A program made the position numbers and the translations under genes. Source: Patescibacteria group bacterium (GTDB taxonomy: Bacteria > Patescibacteriota > Patescibacteriia > JAHIZJ01). Taken from it: 64,000 bases of DNA. The stretch lies in NCBI GenBank assembly GCA_041650335.1, contig JBAZLK010000002.1, forward strand, positions 124,070-188,069, written 5' to 3'. The notes below the pieces were generated by a model, which had not been told where the DNA came from, did not search any database, and saw only the letters and a list, made by a program, of their open reading frames with translations. This document shows, piece after piece, positions 18,947 to 27,159 of this stretch (position 1 is the stretch's first letter; each line of letters opens with the position of its first letter).

Positions 18947-20047
18947 TTAAATATGTTTACGTTGCCGCCAACGTTCTTCAACTAATTTTCCAATTTGTTC
19001 CTTGAACCGGTCCTGATTGAACGTCTCGGCGTGCGCCCGAATTACTGCCGGATCAAATGTTTCCGGCTTGAAACGGAGTACGGCGTCGGCCAAAGCCGCC
19101 CAATGCTGGTCGGCAAAAAATATTCCGGTCTTATTTTCGACGACTGTATCCAAGGCGCCGCCTTTGGCGAAAGCGATTACGGGCCGACCAGCCGCCATTG
19201 CTTCAATGGCCGTGATACCAAAATCCTCTTCTTGAGGGTAGATAAATGCCTTCGCCCGTCGCATCAGCTGAGCTTTCTGTTGTTCGGAAACTGGTCCGAG
19301 AAATTCGATGTTCGCCTTCGCGATTTTTCGGAGGCGTTTTTCTTCCGGTCCATCACCAAATATCTTGAGCGGCAGGCCAAGTTGGTTAAACGCGTGAACA
19401 GCCAAATCATACCGTTTATAGGGCACCAGCCGCCCGCCAATGAGAAAATAGTTATCATAGCCGTCCGACACTTGAAAATTCCGCATTTCGACCGGCGGAT
19501 AGATCACCTCGCTCGAACGTCGGTAGTATTTTGCGATCCGCTGTCGTACCGATTGCGAGTTCGCAATAAATTCGTCAACCCGCTGGGCTGCCAATTGGTC
19601 CCAGAGGCGTATCCGGGGCAGGATAAACGGGATAAGTTTTTTTATCAATAAAGGATAGCGGAGCTCTTGAACGTAACTGTAGGTATCACTCCAGAGGTAC
19701 CGCGTCGGCGAATGACAATAACAAATATGGATACTGTCCGGTCGGGTGATCACGCCCTTGGCAAAGGCGGAACACGATGAAAGGATCACGTCGTATTCCG
19801 ATAAATCATAATGCTCAACCGCCGTTGGCATCCACGGCAAAAACCATTGATAGTGGCGCAAACCGAGGGGTATTTTCTGAATAAAGGAGGTGTAAATTTT
19901 CCGGTCTCGAAACGATGGATTGGCCCGCTTCCGGTCATAAACCAAGGTATACGTTGGCGCGTCCGGATAGAGTTCCTGGAACGCCTGCAGAACTCGTTCG
20001 GCTCCCCCGTCCTGAGCCAAATGCTCGTGAATTAATGCGATTTTCAT
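18947..20047 (-). CDS. GT4-family glycosyltransferase
   Basis: EEDFGITAIEAMAAGRPVIAFAKGGALDTV, 366 aa. Confidence 0.8.
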   Translation of the reverse strand: MKIALIHEHLAQDGGAERVLQAFQELYPDAPTYTLVYDRKRANPSFRDRKIYTSFIQKIPLGLRHYQWFLPWMPTAVEHYDLSEYDVILSSCSAFAKGVITRPDSIHICYCHSPTRYLWSDTYSYVQELRYPLLIKKLIPFILPRIRLWDQLAAQRVDEFIANSQSVRQRIAKYYRRSSEVIYPPVEMRNFQVSDGYDNYFLIGGRLVPYKRYDLAVHAFNQLGLPLKIFGDGPEEKRLRKIAKANIEFLGPVSEQQKAQLMRRAKAFIYPQEEDFGITAIEAMAAGRPVIAFAKGGALDTVVENKTGIFFADQHWAALADAVLRFKPETFDPAVIRAHAETFNQDRFKEQIGKLVEERWRQRKHI

Positions 20048-20050
20048 AGG

Positions 20051-21439
20051 TTAGCTTGCTGATTTAGCACTCAATACGACCCAGGGGGTACGCAAAAGTA
20101 TTTTAAAATCTAATAACGGTGACCAGTGTTCGATATAGTAGATATCAAGTCGCGCCTCCTCGTTAAAGTTCAGTTCCGAACGTCCTGATATCTGCGCCAG
20201 CCCGGTAACACCCGGTTTAATGGCGAGCAATTTCCGCTGTTCTTTTTGGTAGCGGCGGACTTCCTCGGGTTCGTGCGGCCGCGGGCCGACCAGGCTCATT
20301 TCGCCCCGAAGTATATTAAAGAGTTGGGGCAACTCATCAAGACTCGTCCGACGGATGAATTTGCCGAACCGCGTTACCCGGGGATCGTCTTTCATCTTGA
20401 ACAACGGACCATCGCTACGTTCATTAAACTTCATGAGCTCGGGTTTCATAGCGTGTGCGTTCTCCACCATCGAGCGAAATTTATACGCGCCGAAGCGGCG
20501 CTCCCGTTCGCCGACCCGCTCCGAACGATAAAATACCGGTCCGGAGCTGTCGAGCTTGATAATAATCGCGACACAAATCAAGAGCGGCGACAAGATAAGA
20601 AGGATAATGGCCGCAAAAAATGTATCAGTGATTCTTTTCAGGATCCGACCCCAGCCGTCAAGCGGTGTTCGCTTGATCTCAATCATGGGACGGCCGATAA
20701 TGGTTTCAATGGTCACGTTCGAAATTGCCGCATCGAGCAGGTCGGCGGTATATTTGAACGAGACGTGGCGATCGTGACACAGGTCAACCATCTTCAGGCG
20801 TGTTTCTCGGCCAGCAGACGGGTCAGCCAAAATAACTTCATCGATCGGCTGTGCCTGGAGCATACCGCCAAGTTGCTGAATCGCTGCGTCTCCACTCACA
20901 GGTATTTCTGCCAGCACCCGGTACCCCAGTTGCGGACTGGCTCGAAATTGCTTATTGAGTAGACTGGCCGTCTCGCCCGACCCGATGATGAGGACATTGC
21001 GTAAGCCATAGCCTTTTTGCAATAACGCGTGCTGGATTGATCGAACAATCAGGCGACCGATACTGACGGATACGATTGCTAACAGCCAGCCGGCTAAAAT
21101 AATAAACCGCGAGGAGAATAACTCGCGCTGGAAAAAAATTAATACCATGAGAAAGAGGACGCCCGTTGAACAGGCCAGAAATATTTTTACGATTTCGTCG
21201 AGAAATCGCCGCGTTCCCCGCATCGTGTACAAGCCGGACAGCGCAAAGACACATACCCAAATCAAACCAACGCCGATGAGAATCGGTATGAATTCCTTGA
21301 GCGGCAGCTCATAGACGACTGGTCGCAGGCTGGCAATCTCGCGGAAGCGCAATCGATACGCGACCAGTCCGGCTGCCACAATCATCAGATAATCAACTGG
21401 TACTAAAACACCGCTGAAAACGAGTTCAGTTCTTTTCAT
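20051..21439 (-). CDS. undecaprenyl-phosphate sugar phosphotransferase (WbaP/bacterial sugar transferase family)
   Basis: 462 aa with N-terminal TMs. The C-terminal catalytic domain has PLFYRSERVG...YKFRSM...DELPQLFNILRGEMSLVGPRP. Confidence 0.85.
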   Translation of the reverse strand: MKRTELVFSGVLVPVDYLMIVAAGLVAYRLRFREIASLRPVVYELPLKEFIPILIGVGLIWVCVFALSGLYTMRGTRRFLDEIVKIFLACSTGVLFLMVLIFFQRELFSSRFIILAGWLLAIVSVSIGRLIVRSIQHALLQKGYGLRNVLIIGSGETASLLNKQFRASPQLGYRVLAEIPVSGDAAIQQLGGMLQAQPIDEVILADPSAGRETRLKMVDLCHDRHVSFKYTADLLDAAISNVTIETIIGRPMIEIKRTPLDGWGRILKRITDTFFAAIILLILSPLLICVAIIIKLDSSGPVFYRSERVGERERRFGAYKFRSMVENAHAMKPELMKFNERSDGPLFKMKDDPRVTRFGKFIRRTSLDELPQLFNILRGEMSLVGPRPHEPEEVRRYQKEQRKLLAIKPGVTGLAQISGRSELNFNEEARLDIYYIEHWSPLLDFKILLRTPWVVLSAKSAS

Positions 21440-21449
21440 AAAATGTCGT

Positions 21450-22020
21450 TAGCGTCTCAAGAAGACCGATAAGCCGAATTCTGTCTCCGCACCACTCGCT
21501 CCGTTCCACTATCGCTCGGGTGCAGAGCAAGCCCTGTATTGAAATTGGGGGCTTGCTCTGTGCCCAAACATAGCGAAGCGAAGTGAGTGGTACAGAGGAT
21601 GATCATCTCTCTAGGCCCGAGTGTTGCCACTGGGCTCAAGCGACCTACCCGTCCGGTCGACTGACCGGACCTATTCGGTCTTGCACCTGGCAGGGTTTTT
21701 CCCGTCCGATCATTACTGACCGGACCTGTGGGCTCTTGCTTTCACCCGCCGAAGCGGGCTATCCCACGCGAAGGTGGGCCCACTCTTTTCACCCTTACTA
21801 ACAGAGGCACCAAGTTTATGCCTCCATTAGCGGTATTGTTTCTGTGACACTCTCCCTGGCTTACGCGCGCCTCAAAAGTCTATAGTGCTCTTCAGACCAC
21901 GCGTTTCCGCCTCCATTTCGAAGGTGCCAACTTACCCGGCCGCATGACCGGGTGGTGTTCGGACTTTCCTCCCTCAGGCATTTATTTGCCTGACGGCGAT
22001 CATCTGGTCTTCTCAAGACT
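21450..22020 (-). ncRNA. rnpB: RNase P RNA (bacterial type, unusually long)
   Basis: Minus sense shows the conserved P4/J regions: GGAGGAAAGTCCGAAC, AGGTCGCTTGAGCCCAGTGGCAACACTCGGGCCTAGA, GTAAGGGTGAAA, and 3' ACAGAATTCGGCTTATCGGTC. P1 pairs 5' AGTCTTGAGAAGACC with 3' GGTCTTCTTGAGAC. About 570 nt, owing to extra hairpins including two related GTCCGGTCAGT...CCGGACGGG elements. Confidence 0.8.
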
Positions 22021-22115
22021 TCAATACCATACCGTATTATCTGTTTTTTGTCAATAATAATAAGAGCAACTGTTTATACATAATCAAAAGGGTTGCCTGC
22101 TTCGAATTTTGCCTA

Positions 22116-22535
22116 TTATGATTTCAAATTATTGTCGAGCGCTTGATTTACAAGCTGGTCGGCAATCTTATTTTTTTCCCGCGGAATCGCGTGGAAAGAT
22201 GCTTTTTTGAATTGATGAATGAGGTTCCACGTTTTCACGAAATACGGCCCCAGCCCTTGATTCTTCACCTTGTATTTCAGATTTAACTGCTGAACAACCA
22301 GCTCGCTGTCGAGATAGCACTCGACTTCATGGGCGCCGAGCTCGAGCGCCCGCGCCAACGCAAATTCAATCGCTTGATACTCCGCCTGATTATTCGTCGC
22401 CACGCCGATAAAGGATGAAATTTTATCGACCACTGTTATTCCGTCCGCCGCAAACAGAACCGCTCCGACTGCCGCGGGGCCGGGGTTACCGCGCGCGCCA
22501 CCGTCAGAGTAAATTATAATTTTGCTTTGTTCCAT
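22116..22535 (-). CDS. rnhA: ribonuclease HI
   Basis: IIYSDGGARGNPGPAAVGAV (RNase H DxG region) with C-terminal catalytic Asp/His region. 139 aa. Confidence 0.8.
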   Translation of the reverse strand: MEQSKIIIYSDGGARGNPGPAAVGAVLFAADGITVVDKISSFIGVATNNQAEYQAIEFALARALELGAHEVECYLDSELVVQQLNLKYKVKNQGLGPYFVKTWNLIHQFKKASFHAIPREKNKIADQLVNQALDNNLKS

Positions 22536-24040
22536 ACGTATGAATAATATGATGTATCAGTCATCAATTCGATCGGCGCCCGATTGTCGGTAAAGACGAG
22601 GCCGTGGGTTGGTCGATAGAATTCAATCGCGTCCGTAATTCCTTCGGCGAGCGGCTTGACTGATGCAGGGTAAACAGCATTCGCGAAGTCAAGCGGCGCC
22701 TGACTCGCCATAACCAGGTAATTGACGGCATTTGGCTGCCTGATAAACGCTACCGTCGGAAAAGCCGTGCCCAGGGTGCGTAAAAAAGAATCAAATAGGG
22801 TTGAATTTTTGTTCGGAGCGACGAAGTTAATAGCCACCGCCCCGTTCGGCTGGAGGTGGTCGGCGACCAACATAAAAAATTCCTTGGTGGCTAAATGGAA
22901 CGGGATCGCCATTTGATTCGTATAGACATCAACGACGATGAGGTCGTACTTCCCGGTCTGCTGACGCAAAAACGAGCGCCCATCGGCGATGTGAATGGCA
23001 ACCGGCAGCGTGCCGAGCTCAAAAAATTTCCGTCCGGCTTCGATTAAACCGGGATCAATATCAACGCCGTCCATTGTTAAGTCATAGTCGCGTCCATAGA
23101 CTTGTTCATACAGCCGCGCCCCCGTCCCCCCGGCAACGCCGATAAATAGGACGTCGAGGGGCTGCCCGGCTTTTTTAAGCGTCGGCGGAAGAAGCGTTAA
23201 ATAATCAAAGTAATGTCCCGTGAAAACCGAATTTTTCATATAGACGGATTGCAGCGCGTGGCCTTCATTCGTGATCAGTAGACGCTCGTTGTTGCGTTCG
23301 AGCACTTGGATGAACTGGTAGGGCGTTTCACGCTCGTAAATCACATCAGCCCGTGGTCGGATTTTTCCGTTTGCGAAAAATATGGTGGAAAGCGATAAAA
23401 GCGTAAATAATCCGGCCGGTATAAAAATAAGGAGCAGGACGGATTTTCTCCAACCGAAAGCGCCCAGGATTAATAAGACCGCCGCCGATATAAAAATCGT
23501 TTCTTGAGTGCCAACATAGGGGATCGCGACAAATGCGGTAATAAAGGTCCCGACAATACTGCCGACTGTTGACCAGGCGTAGAGCGAGCCAGCCGAGGAG
23601 CCGGTTTGTTCAACCGCTGAGGTAGCCAAACGGACGGCGAACGGACTGACCATGCCGAGTAAAAAGACGGGCGGGGCAAACAGGCACAGTATCAGAATAA
23701 ACGCGCCAAACGACAAGGAGAGGGCGTTCTGGCTAAAGTTGTCGAGCACGGCCGGCGCGAGCGCCCGATAGACAAAGGGCACTACGCTCACATAAAGACC
23801 GGCCATAATCGTGATTTTCATGAGCAGGGTCAGGGACGGTTTCCGGTCAGCGAGCCGCCCGCCATACCAGTAGCCGAGCGCGAGGGCGATGAGTATAATC
23901 CCGATAATATTCGCCCAAATAAATATGCTGGCGCCAAAATACGGGGCCAGCAAGCGCGAGGCCGCCATTTCCAGGACGAGGACGACAAAACCTGTTCCAA
24001 AAACGAAAAATCGAAGATAGCGCAGTTGTCCGGGCGTCAT
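22514..24040 (-). CDS. membrane-anchored spermidine synthase-like aminopropyltransferase
   Basis: About 200 aa of N-terminal multi-TM region, then a Rossmann-fold methyltransferase-like domain (VLFIGVAGGTGARL...MDGVDIDPGLIEAGRKFF...YDLIVVDVY) typical of SpeE-like proteins. Confidence 0.65.
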   Translation of the reverse strand: MTPGQLRYLRFFVFGTGFVVLVLEMAASRLLAPYFGASIFIWANIIGIILIALALGYWYGGRLADRKPSLTLLMKITIMAGLYVSVVPFVYRALAPAVLDNFSQNALSLSFGAFILILCLFAPPVFLLGMVSPFAVRLATSAVEQTGSSAGSLYAWSTVGSIVGTFITAFVAIPYVGTQETIFISAAVLLILGAFGWRKSVLLLIFIPAGLFTLLSLSTIFFANGKIRPRADVIYERETPYQFIQVLERNNERLLITNEGHALQSVYMKNSVFTGHYFDYLTLLPPTLKKAGQPLDVLFIGVAGGTGARLYEQVYGRDYDLTMDGVDIDPGLIEAGRKFFELGTLPVAIHIADGRSFLRQQTGKYDLIVVDVYTNQMAIPFHLATKEFFMLVADHLQPNGAVAINFVAPNKNSTLFDSFLRTLGTAFPTVAFIRQPNAVNYLVMASQAPLDFANAVYPASVKPLAEGITDAIEFYRPTHGLVFTDNRAPIELMTDTSYYSYVWNKAKL

Positions 24041-25743
24041 GAGGTCCGATGAAGATCAATGATTTTCAATTGTAGCTCTTGGGTGCCATTCCACTGGTTC
24101 ACGCCGACTTCGTAGGCGATTTCAACCGGCGCGTCGACCAATAATTCGTCACCGCGCGCGCCAAAGCCGAAACCAATGAAACGGCGGCTTACCGTTGCCT
24201 CGTCTCGGGTGACGAGCCGTAAATGGTTGCGATTGGCGCCGACCCGTTCCCAATCAATCACCGTCAATCGCGTACTGGCGAAAACTGGTGACGGGTTGCC
24301 CTCGCCAAATGGCGCGAACGCCTCGAGCGCTTCGACCAGCGGCCAATCGATCTGGCTGAATTGTATTTCCGCGTCAACCGTCAGCTGGGGGCGTAATTCC
24401 AAACCGTGCAAACTGTCAGCGGCCAGCTGCGAAAGCGCCTTTGTAAAATCTGTCACGCTGACGTCTTCTTTCAACGTAAAACCGCAGGCCTGACGATGCC
24501 CTCCATAATGAACCAGCAGATGTTCTATTTTTTTCAGCGCTTCGGTAATATGAAATTCGGCGATGCTCCGACCGGACCCAATGATCAGGTTTTGCCGCCG
24601 GCCGATGATGACCGCCGGCCGATGGTGTTTTTCGCAAAGCCGCGAGGCGACCAGCCCGATTAATCCAGCCGGCCAGTCGTTCCCCTGCGCCACCACGAGA
24701 TATTGCTCAGGCAAAACGTTGCCGATTTGCTCTTCAGCCTGTTGAGCAATTTGCTCAGTCAGGCGCTGGCGCGATTGGTTCAGCTGATGGAGATTCTGGG
24801 CAAACTCTGCTGCTTCGTCCCGCAAGCCAGTCATTAGGAGCGCATAGGCGGCATTGGCGTGGTCCACTCGTCCCGCCGCGTTCAAGCGCGGCACGATCTG
24901 GAAAGCGACCGACCGCGCATCAATGCTTTCGGGTTTCAAGCCCATAACCTGATATAGCGCTTCGAGTCCGACGCGCCGGGTTTTTTGGAGCACAATTAAG
25001 CCATACTTCGTCAAGGTTCGGTTTTCACCGACCAGCGGTACGTAATCAGCGATGGTGCCAAGCGCGACGAGATCGAGGAGCCATTTTTCTTCGGCTTCAG
25101 GGTGGTTTGCCCGCCGCAAGAGCGCTTGTGATAGTTTAAATGCGACGCCAGTGCCGGACAGCTTGGCAAATGGATACGTTTCCTCAGCTAATGACGGGTT
25201 TATGATGCAGTCGGCTGGCGGTAGTTCTCCATGGGCAAGATGATGGTCGGTGATAATGACATCCATCCCCTTTTTCTTCGCCAACGCCACCTCGGCCGTA
25301 TTAGTCGTGCCACAATCAACGGTAATAATCAATTGGGTGCCCTTTTTCGCCAGCTCAGTAATCGTGGCAATATTTAAACCGTAGCCCTCGATCTCACGAT
25401 GCGGCAAATACACTTCGATCGCACTCTCCGGGGCGATTAAGCGCAGGGTGGAAACCAGCGTTGCCGTTCCGCAGACACCGTCGGCGTCATAGTCGCCGTG
25501 AACGACAATTTTTTCCTTTTCCGACAAGGCCTTCTGTATCCGAACAACCGCCCGCTCCATATCGCGAAATAGAAACGGATCATGGACGTCTTGGCTATAG
25601 TCGGGATTGAGAAATTCATCAATCGCCGCCTGGGTCCGTAAGCCACGGTTCCAGAGCAATTGCAAAACAATCGGATGAATTTCCGGAAAGGCATTGCGTT
25701 CTTTCTGGGTGAGCTTCGGCGCTACCCGCCAAACATGATCCAT
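24037..25743 (-). CDS. recJ: single-stranded-DNA-specific exonuclease RecJ
   Basis: DHH motifs VVHGDYDADGVCGTA, DHH (ITDHHLA), and DHHA1 C-terminal region. 568 aa. Confidence 0.85.
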   Translation of the reverse strand: MDHVWRVAPKLTQKERNAFPEIHPIVLQLLWNRGLRTQAAIDEFLNPDYSQDVHDPFLFRDMERAVVRIQKALSEKEKIVVHGDYDADGVCGTATLVSTLRLIAPESAIEVYLPHREIEGYGLNIATITELAKKGTQLIITVDCGTTNTAEVALAKKKGMDVIITDHHLAHGELPPADCIINPSLAEETYPFAKLSGTGVAFKLSQALLRRANHPEAEEKWLLDLVALGTIADYVPLVGENRTLTKYGLIVLQKTRRVGLEALYQVMGLKPESIDARSVAFQIVPRLNAAGRVDHANAAYALLMTGLRDEAAEFAQNLHQLNQSRQRLTEQIAQQAEEQIGNVLPEQYLVVAQGNDWPAGLIGLVASRLCEKHHRPAVIIGRRQNLIIGSGRSIAEFHITEALKKIEHLLVHYGGHRQACGFTLKEDVSVTDFTKALSQLAADSLHGLELRPQLTVDAEIQFSQIDWPLVEALEAFAPFGEGNPSPVFASTRLTVIDWERVGANRNHLRLVTRDEATVSRRFIGFGFGARGDELLVDAPVEIAYEVGVNQWNGTQELQLKIIDLHRTS

Positions 25744-25837
25744 GGGTTTACTGTACCATCAATTATTCTATCGGTAAAGAAAAAATCGGGTGATTTCCCC
25801 GCTTGAAATCTTCCTGGTCGTTACTCGGTACCCGCTT

Positions 25838-26380
25838 TCACTGGGCCGGGCTATAATTACCAATCGCCGAGGTGACGCCACCGCTGACGACCTGGCAAGG
25901 CGCTGTACTCCGTTCTAGACAGGTGCTTAAATGATAGGTCTGATTTGATAAGACCTCGCTATCATTCGCATCACGGACGCAGGCTTGCCCGGTACCAGGT
26001 TCATAATGGCAGTAATAGTATCGATACCCCTGGCCGCAGGAGCAGCCGGTCGTGGCGTTGACCGGATCGAGTGGTATCGCCGCGAGGTATTTCAGATCGA
26101 CCAATTCTTGTAAAGGATTTCCAATCGTTTGGGCGCTGCCGTTTTTCCATTCAGAATCGGTGCTAAAACCCTCGCCGATCGGGTAATGGCCGAATTTTTT
26201 ATAATACCGATCAAGCGCGACCGTAATTTGCGCGAGGTTATCCCTCCGTTGATTATCGCGCTTGTTGATTTTAAAACGGTGCATGTAATAGACGCCGATA
26301 ACCGTAATTAGACATATGACAAAAATTATCGCCATTATCGCCATAACCGTTACACCGCTGATATTTTTTTGCTTTTTCAT
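25838..26380 (-). CDS. type IV pilin/pseudopilin-like protein with non-canonical N-terminus
   Basis: Hydrophobic N-terminal helix followed by RRDNLAQITVALDRYYKKFGHYP (GspG/ComGC-like), and multiple Cys in the C-terminal half. Lacks the classic G-FTLIE cleavage motif. Confidence 0.4.
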   Translation of the reverse strand: MKKQKNISGVTVMAIMAIIFVICLITVIGVYYMHRFKINKRDNQRRDNLAQITVALDRYYKKFGHYPIGEGFSTDSEWKNGSAQTIGNPLQELVDLKYLAAIPLDPVNATTGCSCGQGYRYYYCHYEPGTGQACVRDANDSEVLSNQTYHLSTCLERSTAPCQVVSGGVTSAIGNYSPAQ

Positions 26381-26384
26381 AAGG

Positions 26385-26915
26385 CTATTTTAGCATTATT
26401 TTTCCGCCGGGCAAATACCCGTGCGCCCGCAGCTGGTCATGCACTTGCCGGAGAATTACTTTTTGATTCAGGTATCTCAACAAACGGATGGCCTCTGGGT
26501 ATGCGCACCAACGATAGGCCGTGTGTTCATTAGACAAACGGACGCGGCCGCTCCCAAAGCCGGCAAAGAGATATACGGTTTTACATATCTGCTGCTGGCC
26601 GACCCGGAAGTGATACCGCATGAGTTTTTGAAATTGTGGCAAGATGCAAATTTTCTTTAAACCCACCTCCTCGCGTACCTCCCGCCGCGCCGCCGTTTCC
26701 ACGGTCTCGCCGGATTCGATCTTCCCCTTCGGCCACTCCCACCGCGGGCTCAGACTGGTCTTGACGAGTAGGATTTTTTTCGTCACGGCATGAAAAATAA
26801 CGATACCAGCTGAGCGCTGATAATGTTTTTTTGTTTTCGCGCGCTTCATAATCTTAGAGACTTTGAAGGATTGAGGAAATACGCTGCGCCTCATCTCGGA
26901 CAACCTCGGAATCAT
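26385..26915 (-). CDS. NUDIX hydrolase
   Basis: Nudix box GKIESGETVETAARREVREEVGL. Confidence 0.6.
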   Translation of the reverse strand: MIPRLSEMRRSVFPQSFKVSKIMKRAKTKKHYQRSAGIVIFHAVTKKILLVKTSLSPRWEWPKGKIESGETVETAARREVREEVGLKKICILPQFQKLMRYHFRVGQQQICKTVYLFAGFGSGRVRLSNEHTAYRWCAYPEAIRLLRYLNQKVILRQVHDQLRAHGYLPGGKIMLK

Positions 26916-27159
26916 ATTCCCCAGCGTGGGCGTGTCCGTCCTCGTAAGTTGGCTGTTTCGCGTCGAGATGGAGGTTAACCGTTAAGCCGCCAGCGACTGT
27001 CCGTTCAAGATAAATGTGAAACTGCGGGTAGCGCACCCGGCGCAACGGTCGGACATAACTCACCTCACCGGTCCGACGATTATAAAATTCCGCGTAGCCA
27101 CACTGACGCATGAGATTCCGTTCGTTATCGCGAAAAGCCTTCTCAAACAGTATTTTCAT
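26854..27159 (-). CDS. hypothetical small protein
   Basis: 101 aa ORF that overlaps the neighbouring gene by 62 nt. No motif recognised. Confidence 0.3.
   Translation of the reverse strand: MKILFEKAFRDNERNLMRQCGYAEFYNRRTGEVSYVRPLRRVRYPQFHIYLERTVAGGLTVNLHLDAKQPTYEDGHAHAGEYDSEVVRDEAQRISSILQSL

Noticed and set aside
22020-22115. Possible additional small RNA between rnpB and rnhA
   Set aside because: AT-rich spacer best explained as the rnpB promoter region. No stable hairpins or terminator seen.
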